A stretch of 64,000 nt of DNA from the human T2T-CHM13v2.0 reference genome, Homo sapiens: NCBI RefSeq assembly GCF_009914755.1, contig NC_060925.1, one strand, 5' to 3'. Both the position numbers and the translations under genes were made by a program. Every line of letters begins with the position of its first letter. The first letter of the stretch is position 1. The notes under the pieces were generated by a model. That model searched no databases and was not told the DNA's origin. It worked only from the letters and a program-made list of their open reading frames with translations. Below are positions 53,424 through 64,000 of the stretch, piece after piece.

Positions 53424-56400
53424 TGACTACAGGAAGGCAGGGGCAGCAGGTGACACGGGTGCCCGGCAAGTCCTTGATGTTTGGGTGGAAGGACAGACCT
53501 CTGGTCCTTCCTCTGAGCTTTTTGTGTACTGCTCTTCTTTCTCACAATCTTCCTGTTGCTTTCCCACCTCTGACCCTCCTCTAGTTTCCTTTTCTCTGGC
53601 ATTCATGCAATTCCATTCCCTCTAGCCACATCCTTTCCCAGTGGGCAACAGGAGTTTGCCTCTATTTTCCTTCCTCTATGATGTCCTGGCCAAGCACCAC
53701 AGCAGCTGTTACGGGACCCTGGGTGGGGTGAATTTCCCTGTGTTTGTGTGTGTGTGCGCGTGGGTTGACATATGTACCCGGGTGCATATGTGAACATAAT
53801 GTGTGTGTGAAGAGGGCAGGAAGTGGCAGGTGGGAGGGCCTAGCCTTGGGGTCGGGTGAGCTGCCCTGCTTCTGTGATGAGGTGTGTGCAGATGTGTATG
53901 CCTGCACCTTTGGAAAGCCAAGAGGCCACGCCTCCGCTTGCCCATCTCGGGGCAGGGTAGGTGCTGGATGTCCGAGTCAGACCTCAGACCCCACTGGTTT
54001 CTGGCTGGTCCAGTGTGGTGGCTCAGGGAAGCCTGTGGGGTATGAGCAAAGCCTGGCAGGGCCACTGACCCAGGACTTCATCGCCAGAGGGCTGCCTTGC
54101 ACCCCCCAGTGCTTCCTCAGGGCCCTGTCTGATTTTTGGACCCTGAGTGGCTGGCTCTGGTTTGGAAAGGGAGGGTGGAGAGGAAGGTGATGGCAGCGCA
54201 GGCGTGGGGTTGGGTTTGGGAGAAGTAATGACCAGGAAAGAGGGTCTCCCTAGACCCAGGAAGCGCCCACAGTGTGTGCTGAGGAGGGATCCCCACGGGC
54301 CTATGAGCCAAAGGCCCAAGACCAGAAATAACAAGAACGGCTCCTCACCTGGGCCTTGCCCCTGGCTCCACTGCCCCACGCCCTGGCCCTCTTTTGGATC
54401 CTTTCAGGGCCTTACTCAGCAGAAACCTTCTGGCTAGTCCCTCCACTCACCTCCCTGTAGTCTGCAACCCTTCCCACCCGGTGAGTCTTCCGCCAGGTGG
54501 GCCTTCCCGCCAGGTGAGCCTTCCACCCCACAGCCCAGGCCAGGGCCTGCCCCTTCCCTGAATATGCCACAGAGCCTGCCAGAGGCACTGGCGCATCAGA
54601 GCCTCCTGCCGGCGCTCCCTTCCAGTCCTAGCCCGCTGCTTTCCTCAGGTACCTGACGCCCACCAAGCAGGATGCTCCATTCCCAGGCATGCTTGGTGGG
54701 CTGCCGCCTCCACACGCCAGCCCAGGCTGTTTCATCCTCCAGGGACGGTGCCCACCCTCCAGGGCTTCCATCCTTCCAGGGTCCTCAGAGTCCAGCTCCG
54801 CGGCAGACAGGATCCCCAGTGGAGCCATCACTTCCTGTCTCTCCCCTCTCCCGGGTGACCCAGCACAGAATGCTTTGGTTTGCCCATTTCTCGTGTGCCT
54901 GGTTTATCTTCCTTGTTGGCTTGAGGAAAAGGCCTATCTGTTACTCATTTTTCTGTCCCCTGTGTAAGCCCCTGGCTCTGCGCTTTGTCCATAGGCCACT
55001 GCTGGGTTTGATGCTGCAACAAGTAAATTATCCAGTGAGTTTACACGAGCTTTGGTGACCAGTTTCTTCTGTATGCTGCAAGGCGTCTTTGAGTGAGGGA
55101 GGCCCAGGCTGCTTGCAAATGCTCAGGCCCATCATTTAGCCACGGTCACTTCCCTTGTTCCCGGCACTGCTCTGCTTCATGAAATGACCTACTCTCAGGG
55201 CTGGGTCCTTCTGTAATGCAGGGCATCTGGCCACGGATTCAGTGCTGAGTTTGGGCCATTGACTCTGTGATGGGGTGCTGTGAGGAGGGGAGTTCAAAGC
55301 TGAAGTGATTCTCCCTCCTGTCAATGGAGGGCCAACCCGAGATGAAGACCAGGCGGCTCTGAAGTCCTCAGTGGGTGGATTCATAGCCCTCACCAAGCTC
55401 TTGGGGACCAGGGCTGTTTGGTACAGGAAGGCACAGCTGCAGGCTCCATCCTAGGTACAGACAGGGAGGCAGCAGGCTGTCCAGCATCTGAGTGGTCCCA
55501 CCTCCCATCCCCAGGGGTCTTGGGACTTGCTGGCCACCTGGGGCTCTGGGGCAGCCTGCTCCTCATCCCATCTCATTAGATGTCACCAGGCACCTCTTTC
55601 AGAGGGCACATGGGGGCACACACACAGTGGAGGTGCAGTAAGGACAGAGACCGTGCTGGGGCAGGAGGGGGCAAGCAGTCCGTGGAACCCCAGGTCCCTC
55701 CCTGGCTCACCCTCGGCTATAGAAGTCACATCTGTGGCCACCTTGTGAGAGGGACAGCAGGTGCCACATACTTGAATTTGCCCATCAGACCTCTGATGCT
55801 CTTAGCTGTGGAGTTTGGAAGACAGCTGGTCAGAGCTAGGGAGAGTCCCTTTTCCACTCTCCTTGAAGAAAAAGAAAAAAGAAAAAGCATGTCCTTTTCT
55901 GGTACCTCCTCCTAGCCCTGTTCAGAGGTGGGGGCAGGGCTCATTGGTTCCCTGATTAGCACTGTGGTCCTAAGTTCCTGGATCAATACTTTAATCTCTT
56001 TGCCCATAACAAGGAAGAGGGCCACTGCTTTGCACAACTCCAGGGGGCATCCTCCTGTCATATTCTATGTGAAGTTCTGCAGATCAATACGGAGATACGG
56101 AGAGTACCCACTGGAGGTGGGTAGTACCTTGTAATATCTCAAAAGTGGAAGGAGGCCGGGAGGTCAGGACTTCCCCAGCCTTCCACAGGGGCATGTGGCG
56201 ATCCTGGTAACTGGCAGCAGGGGGCGATGTTGGTGTGGACACAGAGGAGGCAAGAAGGATTGTTGGGAAATTGTACTCTGTGGTTGTTGCATTTTTCTTT
56301 GGGGGCTGTTGAGCTCTGTCTTGCTCAGTAACACTGACTGATTTTTGCTGTTGTTTGTTGTTTTTGCTGCTTGTGTCCTTGGCTCTCCTTTTTCCAAACG

Positions 56401-58728
56401 AAATAAAATTCTGAGACCCAAGAAGAAAGGCACTGAGTTGACTAAGGGAGCACAGTGGGGACCATGATTTGTTCTGAGTTCAGTGGCGGCTTCAAACATC
56501 AGGAGAGCCCACCCCTGGTGCAGAGGGTGTCCCGAGCCCTGTTATAATTTGAATCCCAAGCTGCGGGGCAATGACTCCTCGTGTCGCATTTGCTAAGCAG
56601 GTCCTATCCAGACCATGTGTCCAGCATGTCATGGATCCTTCTCATGTCTCCTCAAAAAGGGACCAGGGCCCAGAGAGAGTAGGGATCCAGGAGTGGGGTT
56701 TCTGGGTCCCCTTGCTATCACCAGGTGGGTCCTGGAAGGAGCCAGGCAGCTGCCTTCCTCTGGAGCACAGCACAGACCTCTTGGAGCTGGGTTCAAGTGT
56801 TGCCTGTCGGCAGCCAGCTGGGTGCCCCTAGGCAAGTTTCTTTGCATCTCTGAGCATCTATGTCCTCTTCACAGTGCCTGTCTAAGAGCCCTGGCACCCA
56901 GGAGCATTTCTCAAAAGGAGTGATTTTCTCAGCAGTGATTTTCCTTTTGGTGAACCCAAAAGGAGCTCAGTTGAATTCCTGTCCTATCTTTCGTTAGCAG
57001 TTTGTCAGCACAGGTAACTAGGTCTTTCTGAGCCTCATTCCCTTGTCTGTGGAGAGGAGCTCACGCTAACCCACCGAGCTAGGAAGAAGACGTGTGTGAC
57101 CCGGGTCCAGCAGAATGCTAGGTGCTTTGTAAACACTGCCGGGTTTCAGGCCCTGCCGTGTGGCCCCTTGACCCGCAGCCCTGCAGGGTCAGGTAGTCAG
57201 AGTTCCCTCAGGGCGGGGCCTGCGCTGGCTTTCCTGGTCTCCCCTGTACCAGCCTTGAGAGCTTCCCATGGAGATGACTCTTAACTGCCTGGAGCTCCTC
57301 AGTTAGTGGGGGGTTAGCCTGGCAGAACGGGGTGGGCTGTGGTCCATGGGAGAAACCTGCCATGTGGATCTCTGTGAAGAGTTGAGAAACAAACCATTAT
57401 GGAGTGAAAACAAACAGAGCTGTGGAATTGAAGCGAGGGCAACGTTCCTACACGTTTGTAAGGTCAAGGGCAAAGCCTTCAAGGACAATCCAGGCTTGTG
57501 GGGGCTTCAAGCTGTGCCCCCAGCCACTGGGGCTCCATATTTCCATCTGCCCGTCAGGGGGCGTGGAGTGACTCTCGGGTGTTCTGAGGGTGCTGCCACT
57601 CCAGGAGGTTCCTGTCTAAAACGTCATGCTTCTCAGGGGTCTCCCTGCCCCTGAGGCCCTCACAAGGCAAGGCAGGCAGGCAGAGATGGGTGCGCCAGAG
57701 GCTCCCGGTAGCGGGATGGAGGCCGCTGTGTCGCAGGGGAGCTGTGCGGCTGCTGGGCCAGGCCAGGATCTCCCTCTGCTCCCCGCGGTGCCCCTCCCCC
57801 AGCCTGCCAGTCTGCAGGCCGTAGGTGGGCTGTCCGCCAAGGGCAGGTAGGCAGCGTCCTTGGGAGCCCGGGAGCTGCTCCCATTTATCTCCGCAGTCCA
57901 GAACAGCGCATTTCTGCCTGGCGTGGCTGCAGGGTGGTGGTGCTGGCTGCAGACAGGGCTTCACTGGTGACCTTAGCCCACTCTGGTGACCAGGGCCTCT
58001 GCTCCTCATCTTGCAGGGGGCAGCTGCCCACAGGACATTGGCTAATATGGGGAAAAACAGGCTCGACCCCTCTGCGGGGTGGGCTTCATGGAGAGCAGGT
58101 GCGGGGTTTTGAGTCCAGGCTCAGCGTGAACTTGGGGCGTTAGACATCACCAAGCCTCGCTTTCCCATCTCTACAGGCGGAAGAAAAATACTGACTTTTC
58201 TGAGTGACTGTGAGGACTGAGTCAGAAGCAGCAAGGAAGTGCTTAGTCCATTCTTAGGAAGGCCATGAGGGGCATCTACACTGTGCCCCACATAGGGAGG
58301 AGGAAAGAAGACAGCAGGAGGGCCTGGGACCAGGCTGGCAAGGACGGGGTCCTGGGGTTGCTGGCCAGGCTGTGTCAGTGGTAGTGGTGGTCAGGGGATT
58401 GAACAAAGGCCCACCCTTCAGTGAGGAGCCGGCCTGCATTTTCCTCATGGGATGCTCTCCCTCCCTGTGTGGTCCAGAGCTGTGGGCAGGAACCGCAGCC
58501 CTCAGCGCTCGCTCGCATCAAAGAGCGGGGCCAGCCTGGTGGGAGGCGGCAGCCCGCGCCTGGGTGGCTTTCCACTGTCTCAAGCTTTCTTGTGCCCTGT
58601 TGCCCCAGAAAGAGGCAGCCTCAGTTCTGGGGTTGGTCGTAGAGTCAGTGTGGAGTCAGACTTTTGCTGAGCCACTTATTATTTCTGATAACCACACACC
58701 TGCCAGGCCATGCAGGCATGATCGTGCG

Positions 58729-58823
58729 TACACACACACATGCACACATGCACACACATGTATACACGCACACACACATGCATACACACACGCACACACG
58801 CGTGCACACACATGCACACACAC
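58729..58823. repeat. Imperfect (CA)n microsatellite
   Basis: Read directly from the sequence. Confidence 0.9.
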
Positions 58824-61279
58824 AGTGCTCTAGCAGAATGTGCTTAAGGAATGCACAGGGGTGTGTCTCTTTGATGTGTGACTTTCCATAATTTCTGAAT
58901 AGTTTATAGTCTAATTTCCTCGCTAAGCAAATTAAACCTTTTAAGGTAACGATCAGATGGTCCGGATAGTGGCTGTGCGTGTGGACATTTGAAAGATTCA
59001 AACACACTGGTGGGACCAGGCCCACAGTCATTTGTGCCGGCCTGTAATCAAGGCAGAAGCAATTACTTAGCCCCGAAGCTCCCCCAGGGACCGAGGCTGT
59101 AAATCAGGAGGTGATGAGTCGGAGGAGGATTGTCTGCCCGCCCCAGAGCGTGCAGTTCAGCTGCAGTCGCCTGGGCCACCCTCCCCGAGTGGGGCCTGGG
59201 GTGAAGGCCTCCTGACATCTGTGGAAGACACATCTCAGGGACTTTCTGGCTTAGAGGAATCTGTTTGGAATCACCTAGCTGCAAATTAGTCTGGGGATCA
59301 GATGCATCTGGGCTGTGGAAACGGGGTCCCCAGTGGGATCTGGGTGACATGGGAGTGGAAGCTGTGGGCAGCCCTCTTTTGGCCCAGGCACAGCACAGCA
59401 GCCAGCGGCACCTGCCTTCCCTCCGTTGCTGAAGATCGGTTTCCTCTCCTCACCCCTACCCTGGCCATTCAGGTGCCATGCCATGGGGTTCCCCACTCCA
59501 AAAGGCCCTCTCTGGACATTCCTGCAGCCTCTGTGCCTTCAGGCCCTTGTCTTTGGGCCTCTGCACCACTGTAACTTCTCTAATTGTGGTCCTTTCCCCT
59601 CCTTCCCTCCTCAGCCCGTCTGGCTCTTCCCTCCGCCCATCTGGTCACGTTGTCCCCATTGCATCCTGGCTGGGCATTCAAGGGCCCATGATCTGGCTCA
59701 GCCTTACTCCCTGCTGGTCCTCTGGCCAAGGTCACACCAGGGTCCCATTAGAGCCAGTGTCTAGTTTGTCACTCTGGTCCCCGGAGGCCTTCGTGTCTCT
59801 GGAAGCCCCACTCTGAGAAGCCACGAGCTTCTCCACAGGGCTGGTCTCTGGTGGGCACTGTGGATGAGACAGCAGGTCAGCCTGGGGGCCTCTCTCCCAC
59901 ACACCCATTCCAGTTCCTGCGGGTGTCTGCCATGCGCCGTCTGGAGAATGAGGCCCTCAGTCTTGAGGGACTTTGGGACTCTGACAATTGATGAGTGACC
60001 TGCAGATGCCCAGGTGGGCTAAGAGCATAGGTGACAGGATTTCTGTAGGAGTGGTCTGTGCCACCGCTGCACTGGGCCATCCGTGGGGCTGGAAAGTGTG
60101 GGTTCTGGGCCCCAAAGTGGGAGTCAGGGGTGGCTTTTCTCTCAGTAAGCACCCCCGATGCGTCTCCCGCTCGGGGGAGTTTGCTCACAGCTGAGCTAGC
60201 AGCTTGGCAGAGGCTGATTGGCCTGTAGTGAGAAGGGCAGATGAGGTGCTGCGGGAAGTAAGGGAGAGGAGGGAGGGTGACCTTGGGCCAGGCAGCTGAC
60301 TGCTCCAAGCCTGTGGCTGTCAGAAAGAAGGGAATACTAATCCCTCCCTACAAGGGCAGGTGTGTGGTTTGAATGAGATGCCTCGCATGAAGTTGCCTGG
60401 TGCATATGACATGATCCGTGCTTGTTTACAAAAACACCTGGTGGTCTGGACTCTTCTAGAAGGGATTCAGGTCCTGCACGTCCCGTTGCCTCTTCAAGGA
60501 AATCTGCCCCCAGCAGGGAAGGAGAGGACTTGAGGCCAAATGGACGGGAGAGTTGGGCTCTCGTCCACTTCCTGCCATGGATGGAGCTGTGTGATCTTGG
60601 GCAAGTCACTGCTTGTCTCTGGGCCCCCATTTCCTCCTCTGTGAAATTAGGGCCTTGGACTAGGTCACTGGTTTTAAAGCTTTTCCAGCAGCATTCATCT
60701 CAACATGATAATATCGAATATTCTTTAAAAATAAAAACATTAGATTAAAATCCTGATAAAAAGCAGATTGCTGAGGGGCTGTTCCCATGGGCTGGGAGGT
60801 ATATGTGTGAATGTGTGCATGTGACATGGGGGCTGTGTCCCCAGCCCCCGAGGCTCTAAGATTCTCTGGTGTCAGGCCTTCTCCAAATAGGACCCCCGTC
60901 TGTGTCTGGAGAAGGCTGCCCATTCTGGGGCAGAACTTTATGTGCCCATGACATGGCTGTGGCCTTAGAGTGGGCGGTGATATATGTTGGAAATATTGGT
61001 ACATACAGTAACAGTAAATATCAGCAACTTTCCTGTCAAGTGTGGTGATAGATAAAAGAAATACATGTAGGGAAGTGTCAGCTGGGAAAAAAATATACGG
61101 CCAGCAGTAAATCACCGCCAAGCAATTAAAGCATAAAATCAACTTGTGCAGTATTTTGTTTCCTCAGGACGGTGCACCGTTCCATGGCAGCTCCACGCAC
61201 AGGAGGCTGACATGGGTCCTGGGCTGGTCCCCACCGACTGCCTTCAATAGCCAAGAGTAAGGAAGACATCCCAGAGGAG

Positions 61280-61400
61280 AGGCACTGAGTTCAAATCCCA
61301 GCTCCACCGTTTGTCTGTGAGGTCTGGGGCAGTTACTAACCCTCTCTGAACTTCAGTGTCCTCATGTCCAAATGAAGAACAGGCCTTCAAGCATTGCGCA
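61280..61400. mobile_element. MIR
   Basis: GAGTTCAAATCCCAGCTCCAC...CCTCTCTGAACTTCAGTGTCCTCAT. Confidence 0.7.
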
Positions 61401-61409
61401 GGACTGGGT

Positions 61410-63700
61410 CACTCACTGATTTATTCATCATACATGCACTGAGCACATATCGTCAGCCAGGTCCTGCTCTGGGTGCTGGATTCAGTAGTGAACAAGACGG
61501 ATAAAGACCCTGCTGTTGCAGAACTTGCCTTCTAGAGAGGGGGAAACAGGGTCAGCAAGAAATAAGTGCACAGCGCATCTACTGAGATGAGTGCTGTGGA
61601 GCAGGGAAGGAAGTGCTGAGGGGGAGGGGTCCAGGGGTGTCCCCCTGAGCAGGTGACATTTCAGGGGACCACTGCAGGAAATGCAGGTACCTGGGGGGAG
61701 AGCGTGCCAGCAGGGAAGCAGTGCCCGGGCCCCAGGAGGAGGCGGAGTGGACTGGGCAGTGGAGGAGGGAGGGTGGAAAGGCGATGGCGCTGGGATGCCA
61801 TAGTGCCTTGGTGGCCGTTAGGGAGCCTGTGGCTTTGACCCTGAGTGAGGTAGAAGCCACTGGAAGGTTTCAGCAGGGGAGGGCGAGGGTGTGACTTAGG
61901 CCCACTGTGGCGACCATGTGCAGAAGTGCCTGTAGGGGCATGGGCGGAAGCGGGGAGACTGTTAGGAGGCAGCTGTAGGTGCTGGCTGATGGCAGCCCAA
62001 GCTAGGGAAGGCGGTGTGGGTGTGAGAAGTGGTCCCCAACATGATATAATTTTGAGTAGAAGCTGGGCGTGGTAGTTCACTTCTATTGTCTCACCTACGC
62101 AGGAGGCTGAGGCGGGAGGATCTCTTGAGCCCAGGAATTCAAGCTTGCAGTGAGCTGTGATTGCACCACTGCACTCCAGTCTGGGCAACAGAGCGAGACC
62201 CTGTCTCCAAATAATAATAGTAATAATAATGATAGTAATAATAATTATTATTATTCTGAGTAGAGTCAACAGGATTTGCTGACAGATCAGATGGGGACGG
62301 ATGCCCAAAGGTTTTGGCCTGAGCTGTGGGAAGAATGAAGTTACAGTGGTCTGAGATGGGAAGGGCTATGGGAGGAGCAGAGGGTGCGGGGGGTGTTGGT
62401 AGGAGTTTGGTTTTGGACTCCAAATCCATGTGCTGTAGAGGCAGTGGAGCCCCAGTCTGGAGCCCAGGGGTCTGGGCTGGAGGTGAGATCCCCAGGGGAG
62501 CGGGGTGGGCAGAGAAGAGGTGTGGGAGGAGGAGGAGCAGGAGCAGAGGAGCAGAGGCCGGAGAGCACAGTGTAGGAGGCAGCGAGCAGGTGTGTTGGGA
62601 GGCTTGGGAGGCCAGGGAGAGGGGAGCTGACCGCTGGGCTGCAGCACAGCTCTGGTTGGGTAGGGCACTGCCTTGAAGGGTGCAGGAAGTGGGCAGTATA
62701 GAAGGGAGGCAGGCAGGGATCATAGAATGCCTGTACATGGATGGAAGGAGCCAGCAGAGGTGAAGCTAATGACACAGAAGGCAAAGGGGATGGTTGCTGG
62801 GAGTCTCATTACGTGAGAAGGAATGAGCTGTGTCTGGTGGAGGTGCATGGTTCACCTGTGGGTGGCAGGCAGGGGCTGGGGCCCCGGGTGTGCGAGTGGA
62901 AGGCACAGTGGGAGGTGGGGAGGGTCCAAGCCGGGCTTCCCTCTTCCATGGGAAATGGGAGGGCGCCAGCAGCTGAGCCTGGGGCTCAGTGGGGGAGCGG
63001 GTGGGAGGTGCATTCTGACCCCCGGCCCCCGAGGCACCATCAGTCCGGTGGGCAGGGGCTGCTTTCCTGGCTCTGTGGATGCCCGTGCTGGGGTGGGGCA
63101 GGCGCAGGGCGGAGAGAGGGCAGGGTCCAGGGTGTGTGGGGAGGGACAGGTGGGATCGCCCTGGGGTCTGCTGGGTAAGGAAGGAGGGAAGCGAGGGACA
63201 GTGACAAGCCCAAGGGGAAGGGCAGTCCCTGGGTTGTGTGAGTCAGTGCCCTGGGGAGCTGGAAGAACAGCGGGGTCCAATGGTGGGAGGGTTGGAAGTG
63301 ACCCCTGGAGCTGTGGCAGTTGCTGGTAACAACAAGGTCTGGGGGAGTGAGCGGTGGGAGGGAGGGTAGAGGCCACAGCCTTCAGGAGGTCAAAGAATTG
63401 AGAGGGAGGGCCTGGAAGGATGGTCTATGTGGGGACTGCAGTCACCAAGGGTGTGGTGGGAGTGAGGGTGAGCCTGAGTTAAGTCACCCAGGCGGGAAGC
63501 AAGTGGAGCAGGGTGGCAGTGCAGCCACGGGGTGAGTGCCGGGGCATTGGGCTGAGGGCTGGAGGTGAGGGTCGGATGAGATCACATGTGCAGGGCCCAC
63601 TCTGCACAGGACACAGGTTGGTGCTAGGAGAATGGCAGCTGCCTTTATTACCAGCGTCTCAGTGACCCACTTGTGGTACATCATGCGGGTCTGCTCAGAG
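61410..63700 (-). mobile_element. L2 LINE (3' end clear, distal extent uncertain)
   Basis: TCACTGATTTATTCATCA...CTGAGCAC...CCAGG..CTGCTCTGGGTGCTGG...GTGAACAAGAC is an L2 3' end. G-rich L2-like body follows (GGAGCC..TGGAAGGTTT, CAACAGGATTTGCTGA). Confidence 0.65.
62061..62253 (+). mobile_element. Alu monomer (FRAM-like) with an (AAT)n/(ATT)n tail, inserted in the L2
   Basis: Single arm. TSD TT(T/C)TGAGTAGA. Confidence 0.88.
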
Positions 63701-64000
63701 GTCGGAACTTACCATCAGGAATGTGCCAGACAGCCAGGGTGTAGGATTTATGCACCCCTGGTTCTAGAAGGCTCGGTCCCTGCAGGGCCTGCCTGCTGCC
63801 CCCTTTCTACAGGGTCCAGACCCTCAAGCCTGTCCTGCACTGGTGAGCAGCCCAGCCAGGTGGTCGGGAGCAGCAGGGGTGGACAAATCAACAGCAGCAG
63901 GAGCTCAGGCGGAGCTCAGGTGCAGAGGCTGGGACCCAGCACACAAGACCTAGTCCTCTCCTGGGGTCCAGAGTGGCCCATGAGAGTCAGCCGAGAAGTC

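Larger units (their letters stand above)
51874..64000 (+). other. LHX4: LHX4 intron 2 (continues past the window)
   Basis: No LIM2-encoding exon (RFGTKC...) was seen downstream in the window. Confidence 0.85.

Noticed and set aside
61579-63376. Cluster of 140-215-aa ORFs
   Set aside because: They overlap decayed L2/Alu and G-rich low-complexity sequence. No intact RT or endonuclease motifs were seen.

Overview
Human-type (primate) genomic DNA, recognisably the QSOX1-LHX4 region (human chr1q25), with both genes on the + strand. 1-~1.8 kb: last coding exon and 3'UTR of QSOX1, including an internal 733-nt GC-AG intron that switches between the membrane-anchored and secreted isoforms. ~2-32 kb: repeat-rich intergenic DNA with many Alus, MIR, L1, MaLR and ERV LTRs, hAT MITEs and a decayed tRNA-Val(AAC) copy. 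~32.3-39.6 kb: CpG-island cluster with the LHX4 promoter and exon 1. 51702-51873: LHX4 exon 2 (LIM1 domain). The rest is LHX4 intron 2. Almost all other entries in the ORF track look spurious. I see no prokaryotic system, CRISPR array or new protein-coding gene. The leads most worth a second look are: (1) an LHX4 uORF whose stop codon overlaps both tandem start codons (ATGATG); (2) an antisense TATA plus GC-box promoter; (3) a pure (CG)11 tract; (4) a tRNA-trailer-Alu-polyA chimera; (5) two short local copy-paste duplications about 2 kb apart. Repeat subfamily names come from remembered consensus sequences and are approximate.
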